Shown: one piece after another, positions 1-7,094 of the stretch | How the letters are laid out: every line of letters begins with the position of its first letter | Position numbering within the stretch: the stretch's first letter is position 1 | UHGV virus genome: UHGV-0074791 | DNA: 11,100 nucleotides | Strand: one strand, 5' to 3' | Origin: a virus | The notes under the pieces: generated by a model | Seen by the model: the letters and a program-made list of their open reading frames with translations, nothing else | Databases searched by the model: none | Told to the model about the DNA's origin: nothing | Translations under genes and position numbers: made by a program

Positions 1-417
1 TCAGCAGCCACCCTTGGCACCGTTGGCTGATTTTTTCGCGGCTGCCGTATTCTGTGCAACCGCGGAGGCGTTACGTGACACCTCTTCCACCATCTGCTCA
101 AAGCGGCGCAGTGCCTCCGGTCGGACATCATCCTCCGTCATGGCACCGAGAAAATCATTCAGCGTACCTGGTCTGGAACCTTCATAGACGGTAATGGTCC
201 CGGCATGTGATGGCGGGAATCCCTCCACCAACAGACTGACGCTGTACTGACCATACTCGACGTCCATTGTGTAACGCCCGGCTTCATCCGGGTTTTCTGA
301 GGCCACTGTGTTCACCACCACCGTGGTGCTGTTGCGCCTGGCCTTTAGCTGAATGGTGCAGTTTTGTATCGGCTTACCTGCGCCATCTTTCAGTACACCT
401 GAAATCCGTACTGCCAT
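1..417 (-). CDS. stf: Lambda-like side tail fibre protein (Stf), N-terminal 138 aa; gene continues beyond the left edge of the window
   Basis: ATG is the reverse complement of 415-417 and the frame stays open to position 1. The N-terminus MAVRISGVLKDGAGKPIQNCTIQLKA...YGQYSVSLLVEGFPPSHAGTITVY matches my recollection of the phage lambda Stf N-terminus almost residue for residue. It sits immediately downstream of lom on the same strand, as in the lambda order J-lom-stf. Confidence 0.85.
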   Translation of the reverse strand: MAVRISGVLKDGAGKPIQNCTIQLKARRNSTTVVVNTVASENPDEAGRYTMDVEYGQYSVSLLVEGFPPSHAGTITVYEGSRPGTLNDFLGAMTEDDVRPEALRRFEQMVEEVSRNASAVAQNTAAAKKSANGAKGGC

Positions 418-426
418 ATTCCCCCC

Positions 427-455
427 ACAAAAAAGCCCGCCTGAACCGGCGGGCT
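427..455 (-). terminator. Intrinsic terminator downstream of lom (minus-strand sense)
   Basis: Perfect 7-bp GC-rich stem (435-441 gcccgcc, 448-454 ggcgggc) with loop tgaacc; plus-strand A-run at 429-434 gives a T-run directly after the hairpin on the minus strand. Lies between the lom stop (482) and the stf start (417). Confidence 0.5.
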
Positions 456-481
456 GTCATAACACTGTGTTACCTGGCTAA

Positions 482-1081
482 TCAGAATTTATAACCGACA
501 CCCATGATGAAACCGTCAGTGCGCCAGTCGCCACTGCCGGAGCCTTCATAAGCAATATCAATGGCCACGGATTCGGTCGGGTTAAACTGCACGCCAGCTC
601 CCCACGCCAGAGACGTGTTGCTGTGGCGACCGTCATCACTTCCGGTCAGCACGTCGTGCGTTTTCCCCTTGTTGTCAGTTACGCGGAGATAATCCCCGGA
701 GAAAGTCGACACACGGCTGTAAGCCACACCCGCCATCGCATACGCGCTGAACCATTCATTCACGCGCACAGACGGCCCCGCCATCACGCTGAACCAGCGG
801 TTACGCACGGAATCTTCATGCCAGCGGGTATCGCTGTAATGGGTCAGCTGGCGATTCTTGTCTCCTGCATAGCTGAATGACGTCACCATCCCCAGTGTGT
901 CCGTAAACTCATAACGGTATTTCACGTTAATCCCGTTCAGATCATCACTGCCGGGAACGTTGGTCCGGGCATGAAGATACCCCGCGCTCAGCGTGGACTG
1001 ATGTTCAGATGCCCATGCAGGCGCACCGGATACGGCCAGACAAATGGCTGCGGACAAAATGGCGGCATAAAGTTTACGCAT
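482..1081 (-). CDS. lom: Lom/Ail family outer-membrane beta-barrel protein (lambda Lom-like moron)
   Basis: 199 aa. Signal peptide MRKLYAAILSAAICLAVSGAPAWA followed by the beta-barrel body; C-terminus ...IDIAYEGSGSGDWRTDGFIMGVGYKF is essentially the C-terminus I recall for lambda Lom and the Ail/OmpX/PagC family, ending in the terminal Phe. Positioned between the J-like gene and stf. Confidence 0.9.
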   Translation of the reverse strand: MRKLYAAILSAAICLAVSGAPAWASEHQSTLSAGYLHARTNVPGSDDLNGINVKYRYEFTDTLGMVTSFSYAGDKNRQLTHYSDTRWHEDSVRNRWFSVMAGPSVRVNEWFSAYAMAGVAYSRVSTFSGDYLRVTDNKGKTHDVLTGSDDGRHSNTSLAWGAGVQFNPTESVAIDIAYEGSGSGDWRTDGFIMGVGYKF

Positions 1082-1103
1082 AATTACCTCTCGCTTTTCT
1101 GCA

Positions 1104-1129
1104 ATAAAAAAGGCACCATTTCTGGTGCC
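1104..1129 (-). terminator. Intrinsic terminator between the J-like ORF and lom (minus-strand sense)
   Basis: Stem 1112-1118 ggcacca pairs with 1123-1129 tggtgcc, loop tttc; plus-strand A-run 1106-1111 gives a T-run after the hairpin on the minus strand. Confidence 0.45.
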
Positions 1130-1150
1130 CTTATATGGGTTATAACAATT

Positions 1151-1894
1151 TCAACGAATACTGATGCCGGAAGCGGCTTTTTTGGTCACAATCACCGTAC
1201 AGTCGGTGATATTGCCTGCCCCCTGATTGCCTTTCTGGAAAATCTTAAACTCCAGAGTGACGCTTCCCCTGCCACTCGGCATATCAATAACTGCACTGTA
1301 ACTACCGGGAATGGCCCCTTTAGTTTCTCTGGATGCGATTAATACGCCGTTTTTGCGAACTTCAAAACCATAACCCGTGTATCGCGTGCCTCCTGGGTTA
1401 TTTCCGCTCCCCGGATCGTCATACGCTATACCGTTAAAAATAATGGGCGGAATAATAATCTGGCGGTCAAAGTTATGATCATCGCTGATGGTGACTGTAA
1501 CCGTACCGTTTGGTGTTTCCGTGTTACCCCACGTACCGACTTTTTTCGGGAAGGCTTTTGATACAGCTTTAACGAAATCTCCTCTGACCTGGGTCGCCTC
1601 CAGCATGCCCTTAATCGTACAGTTCTGGTTAATCGTGACATTGTTGAGCGTTCCTGAGTTCGCATTCACACTGCCACTGATATCCGCATTTTTCGCCGTC
1701 AGTCTCCCGTCTGATGTCAGGGAAAATGCCGGAGGATTACCGCCGCTGGTAATGGTGGGGGCCGTCAGGCGTTTCAGGAACACTTCATTCATGAATATCT
1801 GATCGCCCTGACCAACAAACATCGGCTTTGTGTTGCCATTCGCAGGATTAATCATCGCAATCCTGTCTGCTGCCAGCAGCACCTGACTCTGCAT
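1151..1894 (-). CDS. Phage tail protein, probably the C-terminal part of a host-specificity (J-like) central tail fibre; likely a 5'-truncated remnant
   Basis: 247-aa ORF directly upstream of lom on the same strand, the position J occupies in lambdoid phages. Gly, Asn and Thr-rich beta-type sequence ([14 protein letters not shown]..., [10 protein letters not shown]) typical of tail-fibre distal domains. Far too short for a complete J (over 1000 aa), and the next genes upstream are early-region genes on the other strand. Confidence 0.5.
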   Translation of the reverse strand: MQSQVLLAADRIAMINPANGNTKPMFVGQGDQIFMNEVFLKRLTAPTITSGGNPPAFSLTSDGRLTAKNADISGSVNANSGTLNNVTINQNCTIKGMLEATQVRGDFVKAVSKAFPKKVGTWGNTETPNGTVTVTISDDHNFDRQIIIPPIIFNGIAYDDPGSGNNPGGTRYTGYGFEVRKNGVLIASRETKGAIPGSYSAVIDMPSGRGSVTLEFKIFQKGNQGAGNITDCTVIVTKKAASGISIR

Positions 1895-1969
1895 GCCGTC
1901 AGGGGTATTCTCAATACCGGCACCGATATTCCCGCTCCACTGAAACGCCTTCTTCCTGACTATAAACGG

Positions 1970-2230
1970 ATGGAAGAAAAAATAGACGCCGTAATCCGTG
2001 AGAAATACGGGTTACCCCCGGTTATGAGCACGCCCGTGAAATATGCCGATCTCATCATGCTGGCAACTGAACGCCGCGATCTCGGGCTTGATGATGGCTC
2101 TTTCTGGCCTGTACTGGAAGGTATCCCGGCAACAGATATGTTCAAAGTTATTCCACTGGCACCGGGCCATGCCTATGGGATGTTTATGGAACGTTTTAAC
2201 GAGTTATCGGAGTTACGCAAATGCGCATGA
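1970..2230 (+). CDS. Small hypothetical phage early-region protein (86 aa)
   Basis: ATG at 1970. The frame is open upstream to a stop at 1712-1714 but contains no ATG, GTG or TTG before 1970. Its stop overlaps the start of the next gene within atgcgcATGA at 2221-2230. No family recognised. Confidence 0.45.
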   Translation: MEEKIDAVIREKYGLPPVMSTPVKYADLIMLATERRDLGLDDGSFWPVLEGIPATDMFKVIPLAPGHAYGMFMERFNELSELRKCA

Positions 2231-2583
2231 ATGTTTTCGAAATGGAAGGGTTTCTTCGCGGGAAATGTGTACCGCGAGATCTGAAAGTGAACGAAACAAA
2301 TGCTGAGTACCTGGTACGTAAATTCGACGCGCTTGAAGCTAAATGTGCGGCACTGGAAAACAAAATAATACCAGTGTCAGCTGAACTGCCACCTGCAAAT
2401 GAAAGTGTTCTGTTATTTGATGCTAACGGAGAAGGCTGGCTAATTGGCTGGCGTTCTCTCTGGTACACCTGGGGACAAAAAGAAACCGGAGAATGGCAGT
2501 GGACATTTCAGGTCGGGGACCTTGAAAACGTCAATATCACTCACTGGGCAGTAATGCCGAAAGCACCGGAGAATAAGAAATGA
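2221..2583 (+). CDS. DUF551-family phage protein (true start may be the ATG at 2227)
   Basis: Sequence ...IIPVSAELPPANESVLLFDANGEGWLIGW...ITHWAVMPKAPE fits the DUF551 pattern as I recall it (conserved P-E, a Trp-rich core, and THW-x-x-P-x-x-P near the C-terminus), common in the int-proximal region of enterobacterial prophages. Coupled to the upstream gene by an ATGA overlap. Confidence 0.7.
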   Translation: MRMNVFEMEGFLRGKCVPRDLKVNETNAEYLVRKFDALEAKCAALENKIIPVSAELPPANESVLLFDANGEGWLIGWRSLWYTWGQKETGEWQWTFQVGDLENVNITHWAVMPKAPENKK

Positions 2584-2795
2584 GCGTGATAAAAACTCAT
2601 ACAGGAATTGTTATTACCCGAAACGGTCCGCAGGTAAAAAAACTGCACCAGACAAAGCGGATGTGGGTCGTCGGAAAAAACGAGTTTTACCACAAAGAAA
2701 CCGGACGCCGCCACTTTGCAGAAAATACGCGCCGCCGACTGCTCCTGGACAGCATCAGGCCAATTAAACAGGTAGCAACCAGAGAACAAAATTAA
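2580..2795 (+). CDS. Small basic hypothetical phage protein (71 aa)
   Basis: ORF starts at the ATG overlapping the stop of the DUF551 gene (2580-2583) and continues the same-strand gene string towards xis-int. No family recognised. Confidence 0.45.
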   Translation: MSVIKTHTGIVITRNGPQVKKLHQTKRMWVVGKNEFYHKETGRRHFAENTRRRLLLDSIRPIKQVATREQN

Positions 2796-2842
2796 TTATC
2801 AGGACTGAAATTTGATATTACTGCCCGTGTGCAGCGGGCTAA

Positions 2843-3061
2843 GTGGAGAAACATATGCTGAACCTCGATTGTGTTCCTATCTCAACTTATTGCAAAGAAA
2901 CTGGCGAAACTCCTGAAGCAATAAACAAACGTGTACAGCGCGGTGTTTGGCGTGAAGGTGTTCAGGTTTTAAAGGTTGAAGGCGTTAAGGAGAGGTGGAT
3001 TGATCTTAGTGAGGTTGCAAAATGGGCCAGACAAAACTGCTCAAACTACCGCGCGGCGTAA
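2843..3061 (+). CDS. xis: Excisionase-like protein (recombination directionality factor)
   Basis: 72-aa protein immediately upstream of, and overlapping by 40 bp, the tyrosine integrase gene, the classic xis-int arrangement. AGGAGA-like ribosome-binding site at about 2829-2834. Small basic protein with a helix-rich DNA-binding character (KETGETPEAINKRVQRGVW). Confidence 0.6.
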   Translation: MEKHMLNLDCVPISTYCKETGETPEAINKRVQRGVWREGVQVLKVEGVKERWIDLSEVAKWARQNCSNYRAA

Positions 3062-4191
3062 CAATCAGAAAACACCGTCAGGGAGAAACGATCAATATAA
3101 CTTTCACCTACAAAGGAGTTAAATGTCGTGAGCCACTTTCCAATCTGGAAGTAACACCAAAGAACATTAAATACGCCGAGCGTACACTCGGCGAAATTCA
3201 TAATAAGATCGAAAGGGGAACATTCATTTATGCGGAATATTTTCCCCGTTCTGCTCGTTTGAAAATTTTTGGTAATGCTGCTGCAGGCAAAACGGTAAAA
3301 ATGTACCTGGACGAATACCTTGAAATCTGCGAAACGAGAAAACTTTCACCATCTACGATTGGTGGTTATAAAAAATGCCGTAGTGCGTTAGCCTCACTCC
3401 ACATTTGCCCTGCAAGTGAATTAACACCAGCAATCCTGAAAGCGTGGATTCAAAGCCAGAAAACGACCTTAAAAACAATTCGCAACCAGTTATCTTTCCT
3501 GCGGTCAGCACTTGATGAAGCCGTAACCGATGGGGTACTTCAAATTAACCCCGTATCGTTGGTAACTGCTTCGCGCTACCAAAGTGATAAGTCAGAAGCA
3601 GAAAGCAGCTACGTGGTTGATCCGCTATCACCAGCAGAAGTTGATGCATTACTAGCAGCAGCCGGAAACAAACAATGGGAGAATCTGTTCCGGTTCGCTA
3701 TACATACAGGCCTGCGTAGTTCTGAATTATGTGCCCTTCGATGGCGTGATATCGACTTTGTTGGAAAAACTGCCCATGTCCAGAGCGCAAGTGTTGTCGG
3801 TGTTATCAAAGGAACAAAGACAAAAGCCGGTACTCGTAAAGTCGAACTGACAGAAGATGCAATGTTGGCGCTGATAAATCAGAAGCCATTTACATTCATG
3901 AAGGATGCTACAGTCTTTGAAGATCCAAAGACCAATAAGCCTTGGGCAAGTGCTGATGCAATTAGAAAAAAAGCATGGGTGCCAACATTGCGAAAAGCAG
4001 GTATTCGTTACAGAAACCCATATCAAACCAGACATACATTCGCCACCAGCCATATCAGCCGGGGAGCAAACCTGTTTTGGCTTGCGGTTCAAATGGGTCA
4101 TAAAGGACCAGAGATGTTATTTAGACATTATGGCTCATACCTCAAAGAATATGATGGAAATACATCTTTAAATAGAAAAAATAGATATTAG
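3022..4191 (+). CDS. int: Lambda-family tyrosine integrase (site-specific recombinase)
   Basis: 389 aa. N-terminal arm-binding-like region, then a catalytic domain with R (LRSSEL), H-x-x-R (RHTFATSHISRG), a later His (MGHKG) and the Tyr nucleophile (RHYGSYL). Overlaps xis as in lambda. Confidence 0.9.
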   Translation: MGQTKLLKLPRGVTIRKHRQGETINITFTYKGVKCREPLSNLEVTPKNIKYAERTLGEIHNKIERGTFIYAEYFPRSARLKIFGNAAAGKTVKMYLDEYLEICETRKLSPSTIGGYKKCRSALASLHICPASELTPAILKAWIQSQKTTLKTIRNQLSFLRSALDEAVTDGVLQINPVSLVTASRYQSDKSEAESSYVVDPLSPAEVDALLAAAGNKQWENLFRFAIHTGLRSSELCALRWRDIDFVGKTAHVQSASVVGVIKGTKTKAGTRKVELTEDAMLALINQKPFTFMKDATVFEDPKTNKPWASADAIRKKAWVPTLRKAGIRYRNPYQTRHTFATSHISRGANLFWLAVQMGHKGPEMLFRHYGSYLKEYDGNTSLNRKNRY

Positions 4192-4196
4192 TTTAG

Positions 4197-4221
4197 ATAA
4201 AAATGGCCTTTACAGGCCATT
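4197..4221 (-). terminator. Hairpin terminator downstream of the DarT-like operon, between convergent genes
   Basis: Perfect 8-bp stem 4202-4209 aatggcct pairs with 4214-4221 aggccatt, loop ttac; plus-strand A-run 4197-4201 gives a T-run after the hairpin on the minus strand. Sits between the int stop (4191) and the stop of the 4224-4913 gene. Confidence 0.45.
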
Positions 4222-4223
4222 AT

Positions 4224-4913
4224 TCATATCAATGTATGTTGAATAGAATAATTTTCAACACCATAATGAGATGCTAATTTTGATAAAAAACCATCCTTTG
4301 AAGATAAAACATCATCTAACATATTTCGTCTTACTAAAGAGACAAAAAGTGCAGCTGCTCTGGCTTGGCAATTAATAGATTTCGCTGGATTAAATTCAAT
4401 ATCAGTAAACCCATCAAAATTTAATAGATGGAGTGCTAGATTTTTGTTTTGATTGAGCGCACTCAAATATAACCAATCATAAAAAGCAGTCCTGGGGACA
4501 ATGGGCCATATTGTATTATAAAATTTGAAGTTAACTAATCCCCCAGATTCCTTTAATCTCATATCTTTTTTTGCTTCTATCGAGCTTTTATCTAAGATAT
4601 CGACATATGGTCCTCCCATTTCAAATACTTTACTTGCTTGAAATGCAGATTCAACTGTAAACTCTTTCCCAAGTCTTTTCGTCTTTATTCTTAGATTAAA
4701 TGCACTAAGTGCTACCCCCAGCGCATCTTCGGATTTACTAGAAATTTCCAACAAAGAGTTCAATCCCTGCTCATTCGCTGCTGTATGTAACGCCCTGATC
4801 GATTTTTGCTTTTGCGTTTTAGACATACCAGGAGCCCAAGGAAAATCCACATCCTTCGTGATCGATAGTAAGTTCCCTGCGTTTGTAGGGACGAAAACAG
4901 GTCTAACAGCCAT
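4224..4913 (-). CDS. Hypothetical 229-aa protein, second gene of the DarT-like operon; candidate antitoxin or ADP-ribose-removing partner of unrecognised family
   Basis: ATG (reverse complement of 4911-4913) lies 3 nt after the stop of the upstream DarT-like gene, with a ribosome-binding site (AGGA) embedded in that gene's 3' end. I see no macrodomain signature (no GGGV-type glycine loop) and no clear NADAR-like motifs. AT-rich codon usage matches its partner. Confidence 0.6.
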   Translation of the reverse strand: MAVRPVFVPTNAGNLLSITKDVDFPWAPGMSKTQKQKSIRALHTAANEQGLNSLLEISSKSEDALGVALSAFNLRIKTKRLGKEFTVESAFQASKVFEMGGPYVDILDKSSIEAKKDMRLKESGGLVNFKFYNTIWPIVPRTAFYDWLYLSALNQNKNLALHLLNFDGFTDIEFNPAKSINCQARAAALFVSLVRRNMLDDVLSSKDGFLSKLASHYGVENYSIQHTLI

Positions 4914-4916
4914 AAC

Positions 4917-5540
4917 TTATCCTAAATAATAATGCCTCTGAGAATAAAGTGTTCTAGCATTAAGATTATCATAATATCTCTGTATTGTCTGTGGATATAA
5001 TCTCTTGAAATGTTCAGCAGATTCTTTGTTAGGGTGAAAAGTGCTTATAATATATGAGGGAGGAATTTTTTCAAATACCAGTATTTCAGCTTGAACATCC
5101 GTCGTATACTCACTTGGAAGGTTTACATCTCTCTGAATCCCAAAAACATTCTCTGAAAACAAAGCACTAAATGCCTCAGCTCCTTTCATCAAATCAAGAT
5201 TTATAAAACGAACGTTATTCGAAGCTGCGTTGGTAGGATAAAAAGCGCAATCCTTAGCCCAAAGAACAGATGGATTGATTTCTAATATAACCCAGTCCCC
5301 AGGCTTTAAACATCTATATTTATAAAACATTTTTGCATTAGGGTAACTTACGGACAAACAAATCGCATCTGGATGACCATCAATCCTTTCTTCATCATTA
5401 CAATTATATTCATTATTTTCATTATCAAGTTCTGAACGAGACATAAGGCCATTATCTAAAATGGAAGTTAGATTATCGCTATGTGTAAAATGAAACAAGC
5501 TACGAATATTACGTTGCTGAATTATTTCCTGTATTGTCAT
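4917..5540 (-). CDS. DarT-like (DUF4433) ADP-ribosyltransferase, putative DNA-targeting toxin
   Basis: 207 aa. N-terminal LFHFTHSDNLTSILDNGL resembles the DarT hallmark (YHFTH-x-NL-x-SIL); a C-proximal QAEILV segment fits the catalytic-glutamate motif of the DarT ART fold. Size is right for DarT, and it is the first gene of a tightly coupled two-gene operon. Confidence 0.6.
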   Translation of the reverse strand: MTIQEIIQQRNIRSLFHFTHSDNLTSILDNGLMSRSELDNENNEYNCNDEERIDGHPDAICLSVSYPNAKMFYKYRCLKPGDWVILEINPSVLWAKDCAFYPTNAASNNVRFINLDLMKGAEAFSALFSENVFGIQRDVNLPSEYTTDVQAEILVFEKIPPSYIISTFHPNKESAEHFKRLYPQTIQRYYDNLNARTLYSQRHYYLG

Positions 5541-5565
5541 AAAACATCCATTTACTTCATGTAAA

Positions 5566-5589
5566 TATATGTTTTATATATAACATATA
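5566..5589. promoter_or_regulatory. Palindromic candidate operator in the promoter region of the DarT-like operon
   Basis: tatatgtt (5566-5573), an 8-bp AT spacer, then aacatata (5582-5589): a perfect 8-bp inverted repeat about 26 bp upstream of the DarT-like start codon at 5540. Confidence 0.3.
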
Positions 5590-5668
5590 CCTCAAGTATC
5601 CACAAAGGATACGCATGTGATCTACTTCAAATAAAAGCTATAAATTACAGTTATTTACCATTAATAGA

Positions 5669-5698
5669 ACGCGGGTTCAACTCCCGCCAGCTCCACCA
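5669..5698 (+). other. att core: 30-bp copy of the 3' end of tmRNA (ssrA), ending in CCA; not a full tmRNA gene
   Basis: acgcgggttcaactcccgccagctccacca matches the 3' terminus of E. coli tmRNA (...GGACGCGGGUUCAACUCCCGCCAGCUCCACCA). Sequence upstream of 5669 has no resemblance to the tmRNA body, so this is an integration-site repeat rather than the gene. Confidence 0.8.
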
Positions 5699-5734
5699 AA
5701 TATTGATGTACTGAAGTTCAGTAAAGTCTACTAA

Positions 5735-5766
5735 GCCCGCACAGCACAAGCTCTGCGGGCTTTTTT
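5735..5766 (+). terminator. Intrinsic terminator downstream of the ssrA-derived att core
   Basis: Stem 5735-5741 gcccgca pairs with 5754-5760 tgcgggc, followed directly by tttttt at 5761-5766. Confidence 0.55.
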
Positions 5767-5823
5767 ACGTCTATTGTAGTCTAGTGAGAATTGCTGAGAA
5801 CTACGAGTTATGGCACCCTGAAT

Positions 5824-5860
5824 GGGACCCACGAAGATGGGTCCTAAAATCGAGGGTCCC
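5824..5860. promoter_or_regulatory. Three copies of a palindromic GGGWCC(C) element at exact 15-bp spacing in the leader of the P4-type integrase
   Basis: gggaccc at 5824-5830, gggtcc at 5839-5844 and gggtccc at 5854-5860, ending 5 bp before the integrase ATG. Confidence 0.3.
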
Positions 5861-5864
5861 AAAC

Positions 5865-7094
5865 ATGGCCAAAATCGCTAAGAAGCTCACTGACACTGAA
5901 ATCAAAAGCACCAAACCTGCCGAAAAAGAGGTTAACCTTTTTGACGGCGATGGTTTGCTGTTGCGAATCGCTCCCCTGGCGAAGGGAGGGAAGAAAAATT
6001 GGTATTTCAGATATGCAGTGCCTGTGACCAAAAAGCGAACTAAGGTGAGCTTAGGAACCTATCCTCACCTTACACTTGCGAAGGCACGAGCTTTACGTGA
6101 TGAATACTTGTCGTTGCTTACAAATGGTATAGACCCCCAAGTTCATAACAACCAAAAAGCCAATGCACTGAAAGATGCCACGGAACATACATTTCAAGCA
6201 GTAGCCAAGAAGTGGCTTGATGAGAAAGTCAAAACGTCAGGCATCTCCCAAGATCATGCTAACGACATCTGGCGAAGCCTAGAGAGAAATATCTTTTCCA
6301 CATTGGGTGATACCCCAATTAAGGAGATTCGCCCTAAAATGCTTAAACAGCATTTAGAACCCATAGAAAAACGAGGTGTCCTTGAAACACTTCGCCGCAT
6401 CATATCCCGCCTGAATGAAATTTTCCGCTATGCAGCAACAGAAGAACTCATAGAATTCAACCCGGCAGACAACCTGGGGCAACGGTTCAGCAAGCCAAAA
6501 AAACAGAATATGCCAGCATTACCCCCTTCCGAACTCCCTCGCTTCTTGGTTGCTCTAAACAATGCTTCTATCCGTTTGGAAACAAGGCTACTGATTGAGT
6601 GGCAACTTCTCACATGGGTTCGCCCAGGTGAAGCTGTTCGCACAAGATGGTCAGATATTGATATTGAAACTGGCATGTGGAACATCCCGGCGGAGTTTAT
6701 GAAAATGAAGAAGCCTCACAAAGTTCCACTGAGCAAAGAAGCTTTGCGAGTTTTGGATTTAATGAAAGTCATCAGCGGGCATAGAGAGTGGGTGTTCCCC
6801 AGTATCAAAGCTCCACTCAATCACATGCATGAACAAACAGCTAATGCGGCCATAATCCGTATGGGTTTCGGAGGTGAGCTTGTAGCTCACGGTATGCGAT
6901 CCATTGCTAGAACGGCTGCTGAGGAGTCTGGCAAGTTTAGGACTGATGTCTTAGAAGCCGCCCTTGCCCACTCGAAGAAAGATGAAATAATTGCAGCCTA
7001 CAATCGTGCAGAGTATCTCACTGAACGGGTGGTTCTCATGCAATGGTGGAGTGACTATGTTTCGTCTCAAAAATGCAAAGTTATTGCCGCATAA
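5865..7094 (+). CDS. int: P4-type tyrosine integrase (N-terminal arm-binding domain plus phage-integrase catalytic domain)
   Basis: Start chosen at the MAKIAKKLTDTEIKSTKP... ATG (5865), typical of P4-family integrases, rather than the upstream ATG at 5784. Contains F-DGDGL, H-x-x-R (AHGMRSIART) and a Tyr nucleophile region (AAYNRAEYL). Lies directly downstream of the tmRNA 3'-end repeat, as CP4-57 intA does in E. coli K-12. Confidence 0.9.
   Translation: MAKIAKKLTDTEIKSTKPAEKEVNLFDGDGLLLRIAPLAKGGKKNWYFRYAVPVTKKRTKVSLGTYPHLTLAKARALRDEYLSLLTNGIDPQVHNNQKANALKDATEHTFQAVAKKWLDEKVKTSGISQDHANDIWRSLERNIFSTLGDTPIKEIRPKMLKQHLEPIEKRGVLETLRRIISRLNEIFRYAATEELIEFNPADNLGQRFSKPKKQNMPALPPSELPRFLVALNNASIRLETRLLIEWQLLTWVRPGEAVRTRWSDIDIETGMWNIPAEFMKMKKPHKVPLSKEALRVLDLMKVISGHREWVFPSIKAPLNHMHEQTANAAIIRMGFGGELVAHGMRSIARTAAEESGKFRTDVLEAALAHSKKDEIIAAYNRAEYLTERVVLMQWWSDYVSSQKCKVIAA

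Larger units (their letters stand above)
1..5698. mobile_element. Lambdoid prophage or prophage remnant, int-proximal end, bounded on the right by the ssrA-derived att repeat
   Basis: Contains stf, lom, a J-like fragment, early-region genes, xis and int, then a cargo module between int and the att core. The left boundary is outside the window. Confidence 0.55.

Noticed and set aside
1170-1192. Short hairpin plus T-run (gccggaagcggctttttt) as a plus-strand terminator
   Set aside because: The stem is only 4 bp and it lies inside the minus-strand J-like coding region with no plus-strand gene upstream.
1715-1969. A longer version of the 1970-2230 gene, since its frame is open back to 1715
   Set aside because: No ATG, GTG or TTG occurs in that frame before 1970, and the interval lies inside the minus-strand J-like ORF.
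267-4171. Opposite-strand or overlapping ORFs from the six-frame track (267-494, 623-880, 971-1342, 1426-1665, 1488-1802, 1960-2145, 2043-2306, 2196-2468, 2541-2789, 3609-3809, 3727-4101, 3905-4171)
   Set aside because: Each lies inside or antisense to a better-supported gene with recognisable homology and has low-complexity or Cys/Arg-rich composition typical of shadow ORFs.
4224-4913. Calling the 229-aa partner a DarG macrodomain antitoxin
   Set aside because: It is too short for DarG and I could not find a macrodomain glycine-rich loop or other macrodomain signature by eye; left as an unassigned partner pending profile search.
5600-5700. A complete tmRNA (ssrA) gene
   Set aside because: Only the last 30 nt match tmRNA; the roughly 70 nt upstream are AT-rich and unrelated to the tmRNA body as I recall it, so this is an att repeat, not the gene.
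5784-5864. N-terminal extension of the P4-type integrase starting at the ATG at 5784 (MRIAENYELWHPEW...)
   Set aside because: P4-family integrases characteristically begin M-A-[KR]...LTDTEIK, which corresponds to the ATG at 5865; the upstream stretch contains phased palindromic repeats more consistent with a regulatory leader.
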